Shown in pieces: positions 11,364 to 20,387 of a stretch of 64,000 nt of DNA. The notes under the pieces are model-generated. The model did no database searches. It was not told where the DNA came from and was given only the letters and a program-made list of their open reading frames with translations. This DNA is from an uncultured delta proteobacterium. GTDB taxonomy: Bacteria; Desulfobacterota; Desulfuromonadia; Geobacterales; Pseudopelobacteraceae. The translations under genes were made by a program, and so were the position numbers. Every line of letters starts with the position of its first letter. Position 1 is the stretch's first letter. The DNA is taken from contig CAVYYZ010000008.1 of NCBI GenBank assembly GCA_963772835.1, forward strand, positions 1-64,000, written 5' to 3'.

Positions 11364-12050
11364 ATGGCGGACAAGATAGTCCATTCGCGCCGGTCGGAGC
11401 AGTTGCGGGAAATTATCGAGGAACGTATCGCCACCGGCCGCTATCAGCCTGGTATGCGACTGGACGAGACCGAGTTGGCGACGGAATTTGAAGTCTCGCG
11501 CACACCGATCCGCGAGGCGTTGATGCAGCTGGCATTTAGCGGACTGATCGACATGCGTCCGCGACGCGGTGCAGTTGTAGCGGAAATAACTCCCCAGCGT
11601 CTGTGTGAAATGTTTGAGGTAATGGCCGAGCTTGAGGCGATGTGCGGGCGATTGGCAGCCCGCCGTATGACTGCGGCAGATCAGCAGGCACTTTTGAAGG
11701 CCCACCGCACCTGTGAAGAGGCCCACAAAAAAAATGATCCGGATGCCTACTACCGCAGGAACGAACGTTTTCATATGGCGATCTATGCGGCGAGTCACAA
11801 CGGATTTCTGATCGAGGAAGCCGACGCCCTGCATCGACGATTGAGTGCGTATCGCCGACTGCAGGTACGCGTGCGGGACAGAATGCGCACGTCATATGCG
11901 GAACATTCTGCCGTAGTCGAAGCGCTCATAGCGGGAGATGGCGAGCTAGCCGCCGAAATGCTCCGCAAGCATGTCATCGTACAGGGGGAGCGGTTTGCCG
12001 ACCTGATTGCCTCGATGTCAAACTTCGGAACTTCCGGCACCTCCGAGTGA
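11364..12050 (+). CDS. GntR/FCD family transcriptional regulator of malonate utilisation (MatR-like)
   Basis: wHTH motif ELATEFEVSRTPIREAL and an FCD domain; divergent from the malonate operon; RBS ggagg. Confidence 0.9.
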   Translation: MADKIVHSRRSEQLREIIEERIATGRYQPGMRLDETELATEFEVSRTPIREALMQLAFSGLIDMRPRRGAVVAEITPQRLCEMFEVMAELEAMCGRLAARRMTAADQQALLKAHRTCEEAHKKNDPDAYYRRNERFHMAIYAASHNGFLIEEADALHRRLSAYRRLQVRVRDRMRTSYAEHSAVVEALIAGDGELAAEMLRKHVIVQGERFADLIASMSNFGTSGTSE

Positions 12051-13294
12051 AGCAACCTCATGATAACGGTTCACTAAGCGCCGGCACCACTTCTTTGCCA
12101 CAGATTGAGAGTGTTATCGGCTTACGGTTGAAGCGACTTGGCCTTGAGGCCGGCAAGGTATATCTGGCGGGTGCACAGGCACTGATAGAACCGCTGCAGA
12201 CAGAGGTTGCCAACACCCAACTCCTTAGTGCCGAACTGGTTGAACAGGCAATGTCAGCCGGGGATTCCCAGGCTTTGCAAAGAATCAATACCTGTATGGT
12301 AGAGGCGGGTCAGAGCATGTTTATGTCTCTGCGCTCAGTGCCGATAATCCATGAATTGAGTACAGCGGTCAGGGATGCAATTGCCCGCCGGGCCCTTGAT
12401 TTGGCCAGGAAGGATTTACATCCAAGTGGCCCAGTCGGTGATATACCGCTGACGCTCGTTGCAGTCGGCAGCCACGGAAGATATGAGCAAACCCTGTTTA
12501 CTGATCAGGACTATCTCTTTATTCACGGGGATTATGCGGCTGAAGACGCCGTTTACGAAAAAAGCGCTTCGGAGTATTTCTGCATGCTTGGCTCGCTCTT
12601 TGTAAAAAATATGGAAGAAGCGGGCATCAGAAAGTGCAGCAGTGGAATTATGCCGGACAACTGCGAATGGCGGGGCTCAAGCGGGGAGTGGTGCCAAAGG
12701 CTTTTTACGCCGGCACGCTTTCAGCACGATGATTGGGCAAAGAGCATCCTTGCCTTGATTATCCTGTCTGACGCCCGGTATTTATCAGGCAGCCTGGATC
12801 TCTGGGTCGATTTTGCACCGCGTATGCGGACGCAGATTCGCGAAAATCATCAGACTGTCAGAAACATGGCACGGGTGGCAAGTGCAATGCGCCTGGCAAA
12901 AGGGTTTTTTCATAGATTTGCAGTTGAAGCAGAAGGACCTAACAAGGGGGCATTCAATCTCAAACTTCTTGCCTGGAAGCCTTTGGTGATGTGCATCAGA
13001 GTGCTTGCGGTACATTTTGGCGTTGAGAATACATCTACACTGGTACGAATCGAGATGCTGCAGGAAAAGGGAATATTTTCAGCAAAGATGGCCTCATCTC
13101 TTACGGACGCGTATCACACCATTACGTGCTGGAAAGTTCTTCAGCAGATCAAGAAAATAAAGAAGATCATCGATGATGAAAATTATATCAATCCGTATGA
13201 GTTGGTTGGATCTGAGCGCGAGGAATTATACACAGCCATCATGAAAGTTGCAGAATTGCAGAACATGGTCAGGAAAATATTTTCCGTAGCGTAG
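12047..13294 (+). CDS. DUF294 putative nucleotidyltransferase with substrate-binding domain
   Basis: GSHGRYEQTLFTDQD nucleotidyltransferase motif, FNLK and TSTLVRI; overlaps the gntR stop (GTGA). Confidence 0.8.
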   Translation: MKQPHDNGSLSAGTTSLPQIESVIGLRLKRLGLEAGKVYLAGAQALIEPLQTEVANTQLLSAELVEQAMSAGDSQALQRINTCMVEAGQSMFMSLRSVPIIHELSTAVRDAIARRALDLARKDLHPSGPVGDIPLTLVAVGSHGRYEQTLFTDQDYLFIHGDYAAEDAVYEKSASEYFCMLGSLFVKNMEEAGIRKCSSGIMPDNCEWRGSSGEWCQRLFTPARFQHDDWAKSILALIILSDARYLSGSLDLWVDFAPRMRTQIRENHQTVRNMARVASAMRLAKGFFHRFAVEAEGPNKGAFNLKLLAWKPLVMCIRVLAVHFGVENTSTLVRIEMLQEKGIFSAKMASSLTDAYHTITCWKVLQQIKKIKKIIDDENYINPYELVGSEREELYTAIMKVAELQNMVRKIFSVA

Positions 13295-13304
13295 TGGAGT
13301 ATAC

Positions 13305-14099
13305 ATGCTGATGTACCTGTTGTATTACGGTGTAACCGGCATTCTCGCCGGGATCTTTGCCGGCCTGTTCGGCGTTGGCGGCGGTCTGATAGTCGTGCCG
13401 ATCCTGACGGCTCTCTTCACCGCCCAGCATATGCCCGAAGCACACGTTCTCCACCTGGCCATCGGCACCTCGCTCGCTTCCATCATGTTCACCTCGCTCT
13501 CCAGTATGCGGGCACATCACAGGCGGGGAGCGGTAGAATGGGTCATTGTCCGGAAAATTTCCATCGGGATAGTGGCCGGTGCTTTTTTTGGATCCTGGTT
13601 GGCGGCACAATTGTCGACACGGTTTCTGAAGATTTTTTTTGTGGTATTTCTATTCTATGTCGCCGTCCGGCTGCTGCGTGATGTTACGCCGTCTCCGGGG
13701 AAACCGTGCAGTGCTGCGGGTATGTTCGGTGCCGGATCTCTGATCGGGGGGATTTCAAGTCTCGTGGGCATTGGCGGCGGGACCATGTCGGTGCCTTTTC
13801 TGCTGCGCTGCAATGTTACGATGCACAATGCTATCGGCACGTCAGCCGCCATCGGTTTTCCGATCGCATTGGCCGGTGCAGCGGGGTATGCGATACAGGG
13901 CACAAAGGCGGCCGGTTTGCCGGTGTACTCTCTTGGTTTCATCTTCCTTCCGGCCCTGTTTGTGGTCTCTCTTGCCAGCATCACGACAGCTCCTTTGGGA
14001 GCAAAGCTTGCCCACCATCTCCCGGTAGAGATTCTCAGGAAGGTTTTTGCTGGACTGTTGATTGTTGTGGGAATAAAAATGATGGCAGGTCTTTACTGA
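13305..14099 (+). CDS. TauE/SafE (TSUP) family membrane protein
   Basis: GLFGVGGG, AIGTSLA and GIGGG repeats; about eight TM segments. Confidence 0.9.
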   Translation: MLMYLLYYGVTGILAGIFAGLFGVGGGLIVVPILTALFTAQHMPEAHVLHLAIGTSLASIMFTSLSSMRAHHRRGAVEWVIVRKISIGIVAGAFFGSWLAAQLSTRFLKIFFVVFLFYVAVRLLRDVTPSPGKPCSAAGMFGAGSLIGGISSLVGIGGGTMSVPFLLRCNVTMHNAIGTSAAIGFPIALAGAAGYAIQGTKAAGLPVYSLGFIFLPALFVVSLASITTAPLGAKLAHHLPVEILRKVFAGLLIVVGIKMMAGLY

Positions 14100-14143
14100 A
14101 TAATACACGAATATCACGATGAAAATACGGGAGGGACTGGTCC

Positions 14144-15124
14144 ATGAGGATTGCGAGAACAGTACAGATTACCGAATGTGGTGGCCCAGAGATGATGAGG
14201 GTTATCACGGTCGAACTACCTCAGCCTGCGGTTGGCGAGGTGCAGCTGCGCCAAACGGCGATCGGATTCAACTACATCGATGTGTATCAGCGGATGGGAA
14301 TGTATCCGCTGCCGCTTCCTACCGGTCTCGGCCATGAGGCCGCCGGAATTGTGGAGACGGTCGGCCCGGGAGTGGATCAGTTCCGTCCCGGAGACCGGGT
14401 GGCGTACATGAATGCAGGTGTTGGCGCGTATGCCGACAATCGCAATGTGCCTGCTGACCGGCTGGTCCGCATTCCGGATGGAGTTTCCGATGAGCAGGCT
14501 GCTGCATTGCTGTTCAAAGGGGTTACTGCTCAGTATCTCCTGAAGAAAACCCATACGGTCAAGCCCGGCGAAATCATTCTCGTTCATGCCGCAGCAGGTG
14601 GCGTCGGGCAGATTCTCTGCCAGTGGGCAAAAGGCCTTGGAGCTTTCGTTATCGGGACTGCAGGATCAGAGGAAAAGTGTGGCATTGCCCGTGAAGCCGG
14701 GTGTGATATTGTTATCAACTATTCTTCGGAAAACTGGCCGGAACTGCTTCTCATCGCTACAGGGGGGAAAAAAGCGGACGTGGTATACGACTCAGTTGGA
14801 AGGGATACGTTTCTTAAATCGCTCGACTGTACAGCACAATTCGGGCTCGTTGTCCTCTATGGGGCCGCGTCCGGTCCCGTGCCGGCTTTTGAGCCGGATC
14901 TGCTCAATAAAAAAGGGTGCCTGTTTCTTACCCGCCCCTCCGTATTCCCCCACAATGCGGACCCCGCAGCTTTTCGTGCGAACGCTGCAGACCTTTTCGA
15001 TGCAATTTCATCAGGCCTTGTAACATCACACATCGGTGCCAGGTTTACCCTGGACAACATAGGAGGGGCACATTCCGCAGCTGAATCCAGATCAACTCAC
15101 GGTGCGACTCTGATCATTCCTTGA
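14144..15124 (+). CDS. qor: NADPH:quinone oxidoreductase (zeta-crystallin family)
   Basis: GFNYIDVYQR, HAAAGGVG and YDSVG motifs. Confidence 0.88.
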   Translation: MRIARTVQITECGGPEMMRVITVELPQPAVGEVQLRQTAIGFNYIDVYQRMGMYPLPLPTGLGHEAAGIVETVGPGVDQFRPGDRVAYMNAGVGAYADNRNVPADRLVRIPDGVSDEQAAALLFKGVTAQYLLKKTHTVKPGEIILVHAAAGGVGQILCQWAKGLGAFVIGTAGSEEKCGIAREAGCDIVINYSSENWPELLLIATGGKKADVVYDSVGRDTFLKSLDCTAQFGLVVLYGAASGPVPAFEPDLLNKKGCLFLTRPSVFPHNADPAAFRANAADLFDAISSGLVTSHIGARFTLDNIGGAHSAAESRSTHGATLIIP

Positions 15125-15163
15125 CGGCAGTCCCGGCAACCTGCCGCTATTACCGGGTATCTC

Positions 15164-15472
15164 CTACCTTTCCAGAGGAAGTCCGGCTCTTCGCCACCCC
15201 GCCATATGCCCCTCGAGGAGCGTCACGTTCCGGTATCCGTACATGCCCAACAGCCCCTGAGCCATCTGGGCACGCGGTCCATGTTCACAGGTGACGACCA
15301 GTTCGACGCTTTTGTCTTCCGGTAACTGTGCCATTTTTATGAGTATTTTTAATGCAGGAGCGTGGACTGCCCCCGGTATGTGGCCGTCATTGAATTCAAA
15401 ACCGCTGCGAACATCGATCACGGGCGGAGAGTTTTTTGATGTAATACGTTGAGCCAGTTCTTTTGCCTGCAC
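15164..15472 (-). CDS. Single-domain rhodanese
   Basis: IDVRS..EF..GHIPGA, catalytic CEHGPR and LEGHMAGW. Confidence 0.9.
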   Translation of the reverse strand: MQAKELAQRITSKNSPPVIDVRSGFEFNDGHIPGAVHAPALKILIKMAQLPEDKSVELVVTCEHGPRAQMAQGLLGMYGYRNVTLLEGHMAGWRRAGLPLER

Positions 15473-15511
15473 AGGGAATCTCCTTTGAAGTAAACCGGGC
15501 GAAATCAGTTC

Positions 15512-15724
15512 CTATTTTGACGTACTATCTCGAACAACCTTATATGCCAGCAGCGCAAACGGCCATGCATGCCAAAAAAGGTCAAATATATCAATCGGTC
15601 TTTTCAGTGTGCCGGCCATCAGCATCCTGATCTTTTCCACGATGTGCGGCTGGGGAAAAAACGGCGCGAAACCGAGAAAGAGAGCGATCGGTATCAGGAA
15701 TTTATAGTCAAGCAACTCCTTCAT
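15512..15724 (-). CDS. Small conserved two-TM membrane protein
   Basis: LGFAPFFPQPHIVEK...PIDIFDLFWH pattern; RBS ggagg. Confidence 0.7.
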   Translation of the reverse strand: MKELLDYKFLIPIALFLGFAPFFPQPHIVEKIRMLMAGTLKRPIDIFDLFWHAWPFALLAYKVVRDSTSK

Positions 15725-15841
15725 GGGACCTCCGGACAGACTGAACGGCGATAAGAGACTAATATTGTATTATATGAATGTCAATATAATTGTGCAGGGG
15801 AATCCGGGTACTGCTTGTAACTAGCTTAAATAATTACAGAG

Positions 15842-16642
15842 TTACTTTACCCGATCATGAGAGATAAATGGCTGGATGAGGAGACGGAACAGGGTAAGCC
15901 TTTTGGGGTCACGGAACTCCTTAAGTCCGATGGTCATCTCCAGGTGACCTTTTTCCGGCTGCGGGCGATACGTGCCGAAGATACGATCCCACCAGGGGAG
16001 ATTAAAACCGAAATTACTGTTGGTCTCGCGCACAATCGTTGAATGGTGGACCCGGTGCATGTCAGGTGTGACCAGGAACAGTCGCAGCATGCGATCAATA
16101 GCGGCCGCAATGGAAATGTTGCCGTGATTGAACATGGCGCTTGCGTTCAAAACAACTTCGAAGGCCAGTACCGCCACTGCCGGTACTCCCAGAATGACGA
16201 CCGCAGACATTTTTATCAGCATTGATATGATTATTTCCAGCGGGTGGAAACGGTTGCCGCTGGTAACATCCAGATCAAGATCCGTGTGATGCATCCTGTG
16301 CAGACGCCATAAGGTCGGAATATGGTGAAACAGGAGGTGCTGAAGATAGATGATGAAATCGAGGATGAGAAAGCTCAGTACGACTTTAGGCCAGTATGGC
16401 AGATGAAAAGCATTGAAAAGCCCCCACCCCCGGGCCTGTGCTGCGTGTGCAAGTGCTACAGGGAGGATAGGGAACAGTAGCCGGACTGCAGCGGTGTCGA
16501 TCACAACCAGAGAGAGATTGATAGCCCAGCGCCTGTTCCTGTTATCCTGCAGAGGACGACGTGGCGCGATGATCTCCCAGAGTGCCACCAGCAGAAGGAC
16601 ACCCGCAAAAACGGAGAGACGAATGGTCTGTTCTACCTGCAT
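15842..16642 (-). CDS. Sterol desaturase / fatty acid hydroxylase family protein
   Basis: His boxes HLLFH, HRMHH and HRVHH; NFGFNLPWWDRIFGT. Confidence 0.9.
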   Translation of the reverse strand: MQVEQTIRLSVFAGVLLLVALWEIIAPRRPLQDNRNRRWAINLSLVVIDTAAVRLLFPILPVALAHAAQARGWGLFNAFHLPYWPKVVLSFLILDFIIYLQHLLFHHIPTLWRLHRMHHTDLDLDVTSGNRFHPLEIIISMLIKMSAVVILGVPAVAVLAFEVVLNASAMFNHGNISIAAAIDRMLRLFLVTPDMHRVHHSTIVRETNSNFGFNLPWWDRIFGTYRPQPEKGHLEMTIGLKEFRDPKRLTLFRLLIQPFISHDRVK

Positions 16643-16729
16643 GCAGATCCTGTCTTACGGGTGGTCAGACGTCCGGTCCATAGCTTCTCAAGGACTCCTT
16701 TACAGAGTCTCCCAAAGCACGTCTGTACA

Positions 16730-17773
16730 TTAGGGGGTACGCCGGTCATCTGAAATGGTTCCGGAATCAACCTCACGATATACCAGTGCTGAAATATCCC
16801 GAATAATTTCAGACTGACGCACAAAGTCACTCCCCAGTGTCATCACCCCCAGGATGTAGGCTCCTTTGGGGTGGTACACGATGCCGAATTCGTGGAGCTG
16901 CTTTTCCTCGCCACGAACCCCGCCCTCAAATTCGCCGAATTTTGCAGCAACAACTGTCCCCTTGGGCACCCCGGCGGTGATCCCTTCCGGGAAATCCTCC
17001 CTGCTCAGGAGTTGAAGGGCCTTTTCAGACATTTCCCTGTTAAGGAATGAGGCGTTATACAGGATGCGGAAAAAGCCGGAATACCCATGAACAGATATGG
17101 CGTTATTACCGTCGTCAGGTCGATTTGTTGTATCCATGCCATCCAGCACGGCGTTCAGCTCTTCTGTTTTCAGGTTGGTGTAGAGCAGAGAGGTGGCGTT
17201 ATTATCGGAATAACTCATCATGTATTCAAGGAGCGTTTCAACCGGATAGCGTTGCCCCGACACCAGAGAGTAACGTGGCTTATGCCTCTGAACCGCACTC
17301 ATATCGACAGCGCCATCAAACAGAAAGGATTGTTTCAGCTCGGCCGGATTTTTTTCGGCCCGCTTCAGCCAGGCAATCATTACCGGCACCTTCATCATGC
17401 TGGCAGGGTTAAACTCTGCATCAGCATGTATTCCGAACCAGGGACCGTCGGCCAGGTCTCGGTAGTAGACGGCTATATTCAGCACGTGCACGCCATCTGT
17501 CTGCTGTTTTACAAAATCAACCAGTTTGTACTTGAAAGGGTGCGGTTCGTGATAGACGGTGAGACCTTCGGGGAGCTCAATGTCCAGAAGAGGACTGGTG
17601 AAATGAAATCCAGCCGCTTTGATCATGCGATTCTTGCGTGGTATTTCTCTGCCGAGATGCCAGCTATGCACATACCACCCGACAGCAATCAGGCAGATTG
17701 AAGCACAAAAGTAGAGAATCGCCTGTCTCAGACGAAGTCGTTTCGTATGCGGTGATTCAGCGGCATCCGGCAT
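16730..17773 (-). CDS. Serine hydrolase, class A beta-lactamase-like / penicillin-binding fold, membrane anchored
   Basis: SMMK, SDN and K-F-G motifs; N-terminal TM segment. Confidence 0.8.
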   Translation of the reverse strand: MPDAAESPHTKRLRLRQAILYFCASICLIAVGWYVHSWHLGREIPRKNRMIKAAGFHFTSPLLDIELPEGLTVYHEPHPFKYKLVDFVKQQTDGVHVLNIAVYYRDLADGPWFGIHADAEFNPASMMKVPVMIAWLKRAEKNPAELKQSFLFDGAVDMSAVQRHKPRYSLVSGQRYPVETLLEYMMSYSDNNATSLLYTNLKTEELNAVLDGMDTTNRPDDGNNAISVHGYSGFFRILYNASFLNREMSEKALQLLSREDFPEGITAGVPKGTVVAAKFGEFEGGVRGEEKQLHEFGIVYHPKGAYILGVMTLGSDFVRQSEIIRDISALVYREVDSGTISDDRRTP

Positions 17774-17778
17774 CAGCT

Positions 17779-18258
17779 TTAATCCTCGTTGCGCTGGTAG
17801 ATACCGCTCTTCCCACCTTCCTTGAACAGCAGCTTGATCTCACCGATCGTAATCGATTTGTCACTGCCCTTGCACATGTCATAAATCGTCAAAGCCGCCA
17901 GGCTGGCCCCGGTCATGGCCTCCATCTCGACTCCGGTGCGTTCGAACGCGCGTACAGTGCAGCGCACCGTGATCAGCCCGGCCGGCTCATTCAATTCGAA
18001 ATCGACCGTGACATTGTGAATGGCCAGAGGATGGGAAAGCGGGATCAGATCAGACGTTCGTTTGGCAGCCATGATGCCGGCAAGCCGGGCAATGCCAAGT
18101 ACGTCTCCTTTTGCAACACCACCGCTCCTGATGGCTGCGAGCAGCTCCGGCGAGAGGCGCACTTCGGCTGCCGCTATGGCGGTTCGCATGGTCGGCGGCT
18201 TGGCGCTGACATCTACCATTATAGCGTGGCCTCTTTCGTCAAAATGATTGAAATTCAC
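17779..18258 (-). CDS. moaC: Cyclic pyranopterin monophosphate synthase
   Basis: MVDVSAK, KGDVL, TGVEMEA, YDMCK and KEGGKSG motifs. Confidence 0.96.
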   Translation of the reverse strand: MNFNHFDERGHAIMVDVSAKPPTMRTAIAAAEVRLSPELLAAIRSGGVAKGDVLGIARLAGIMAAKRTSDLIPLSHPLAIHNVTVDFELNEPAGLITVRCTVRAFERTGVEMEAMTGASLAALTIYDMCKGSDKSITIGEIKLLFKEGGKSGIYQRNED

Positions 18259-18326
18259 AGAGTGTCTCCTGCCGCCGAAAGTGGGATTTCAGAGAAAATG
18301 ATGTTCGTTTTTCATCGACACTGAGG

Positions 18327-19262
18327 TCAGTTATGCGCACTTTTTTTGACACCATCGTACGTAAAACCCAGGCTGAGGATGATCTCATTCATCCAGAGTG
18401 AATTTTTGGCCGTTCCCTTATATACCGGGATGTCGTAAAGACGGGCATATGCAACTTTGTCGGTCAACTCCAGGTAGACCGGCTTCGCGACAACAAATCG
18501 CACACCGGCTTCAACGCCGGTAGTCCATCCATCGAACTGCCACCACCCGTTGCTTGTACCGAAAAAATTACTGAATTTTTTTTCACCGACGTTATTTTTA
18601 TTTCCCAGGACGGTATTGTCAGAATGGGGTATCACAAGGCCCACTCCAACTTTGCCGATGGCTGCAAGGCTGAGGCTTTCGTTTGTTGCGCCGATGAGCG
18701 GCAGACGCTTGACGACGTTAACCATCAGATGGTTGGCGCCGTTGTGCAGATTATACCGGAAGGTATTCTCATCAAGCAGCATAGTAGTATTAACAGGTAT
18801 TCCGTTAATTGTGCCGGTTACATTGGCGGTCTGGCCGATGGTGGAGGTATATTTTGTATGGTCAAGGCTCAGTTCAATTGCAAGCGTGCGGTCTTCATCG
18901 ACAAAGCGGCCGATACGTATATTTGTTTGCGGGCCGAAAAGACCTTTGTTGAAAAGGCCGGTATCCCAGCCCGGCTCATCATGCCCCTTGACGTTATGAA
19001 TGGTGAAGTTGTTGCCAAGTGATGGTTGAGAAACATGAATATCGGTCGGTGCCCATGTCTCTGCGCTGTAACCCCATGAAAAATACCACTCTCCACCACT
19101 GAAAAACCGGGAGGCGGGTGATGACCCGGAAGGTGCCGAGGTGAGAGCGGGGGGGCTGGTGAGATCAACCGGAGCGTTCGGCAGATCGTCTGCCCGGCAT
19201 ATGACAGATGTAGAGATGAGAATCAGTGCCGTCAGTAGACAGATGTTACGAGATGGTTTCAT
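18327..19262 (-). CDS. Putative outer-membrane beta-barrel protein
   Basis: Signal peptide and alternating aromatic beta strands (YFSWGY, IELSLDHTKY, ILSLGFTY). Confidence 0.65.
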   Translation of the reverse strand: MKPSRNICLLTALILISTSVICRADDLPNAPVDLTSPPALTSAPSGSSPASRFFSGGEWYFSWGYSAETWAPTDIHVSQPSLGNNFTIHNVKGHDEPGWDTGLFNKGLFGPQTNIRIGRFVDEDRTLAIELSLDHTKYTSTIGQTANVTGTINGIPVNTTMLLDENTFRYNLHNGANHLMVNVVKRLPLIGATNESLSLAAIGKVGVGLVIPHSDNTVLGNKNNVGEKKFSNFFGTSNGWWQFDGWTTGVEAGVRFVVAKPVYLELTDKVAYARLYDIPVYKGTAKNSLWMNEIILSLGFTYDGVKKSAHN

Positions 19263-19284
19263 GGTATTTCCTTTGTTCATTGTA

Positions 19285-20346
19285 TTATGATGGTGTCAAA
19301 TACTGCTCGAACTGTTTCTTGTCGGTGGCACACCGATAGGCCTCATCCGGATTAACTTTCTTCATTTTCAGCAGATCGAGGAGGTGCTGGTCCATCAACT
19401 GCATGCCGTCCTTCTTGGCGGTCTGCATGATTGAGGGAATCTGGAAGGTCTTCCCTTCGCGAATCAGGTTGCCGATGGCCGGGGTGCCGAGCATTATTTC
19501 AAGTGCGACAACGCGACCGGTGCCGTCGGCCGTTTTCAGAAGCTGTTGGCAGATGACCCCCTTTAATGATTCGGACAGCATGGCCCGGACCTGTTCCTGC
19601 TGGTCGGTTGGAAAAACGTCGATGATCCGGTCGACCGTCTTGGCAGCAGTGCTGGTATGCAGGGTCCCAAAAACCAGGTGACCGGTCTCGGCGGCGCTCA
19701 TGGCGAGTTGAATCGTCGTCAGGTCGCGCATTTCTCCCACCAGTATGACGTCCGGATCTTCCCGGAGCGCCGCCCGCAGGGCCGATGCAAAGCTGTCGGT
19801 ATGCTCGCTGATCTGGCGCTGGTTTATGAGCGACATCTTGTTTTCATGAATGAACTCGAGGGGATCTTCGAATGTCAGGATATGCTCTTTGCGGGTAGAG
19901 TTGATCAGGTCGATCATGCCGGCAAGAGTGGTCGATTTCCCGGACCCGGTCGGTCCGGTCACCAGTACCATTCCCTTCTTGAATTTGGTCATGCGCCGCA
20001 CGCCATCAGGGAGCCCAAGTTCATCAGCGGAAAGTATTTTTGTGGGGATAATGCGGAATACGGCGGCAATTCCGCGATACTGCATCATGAGGTTTCCACG
20101 GAAACGGGCGAGGCCGGGGACTTCATAGGCTAAATCGAGATCCTTGGTCTCCTCGAATTGCGCCCTCTGTTTCTCGGTGAGTATTTCGAACAGAATCGCC
20201 TTCAGTTCATCGTGCGCCAGTGTTTTGAAATTAAGGCGCACCATCTCTCCGTGTTGCCGGAATATGGGCGGATTACCGGTGGAAAGGTGCAGGTCTGATG
20301 CCCCCTGCTCCTTCATCATGTTGAAAAGTGCATCTATGCGTGCCAT
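19285..20346 (-). CDS. pilT: Type IV pilus retraction ATPase PilT paralog
   Basis: GPTGSGKSTT, EDPLE, LREDPDVILVGEMRD, GTLHT and AIGNLIRE motifs. Confidence 0.95.
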   Translation of the reverse strand: MARIDALFNMMKEQGASDLHLSTGNPPIFRQHGEMVRLNFKTLAHDELKAILFEILTEKQRAQFEETKDLDLAYEVPGLARFRGNLMMQYRGIAAVFRIIPTKILSADELGLPDGVRRMTKFKKGMVLVTGPTGSGKSTTLAGMIDLINSTRKEHILTFEDPLEFIHENKMSLINQRQISEHTDSFASALRAALREDPDVILVGEMRDLTTIQLAMSAAETGHLVFGTLHTSTAAKTVDRIIDVFPTDQQEQVRAMLSESLKGVICQQLLKTADGTGRVVALEIMLGTPAIGNLIREGKTFQIPSIMQTAKKDGMQLMDQHLLDLLKMKKVNPDEAYRCATDKKQFEQYLTPS

Positions 20347-20387
20347 GAAAGAAACTCCTCTTTTAACTCATCTAACATTCTAAGGTG

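Noticed and set aside
14104..14121. acacgaatatcacgat short tandem motif
   Set aside because: Only two imperfect units and no inverted arm.
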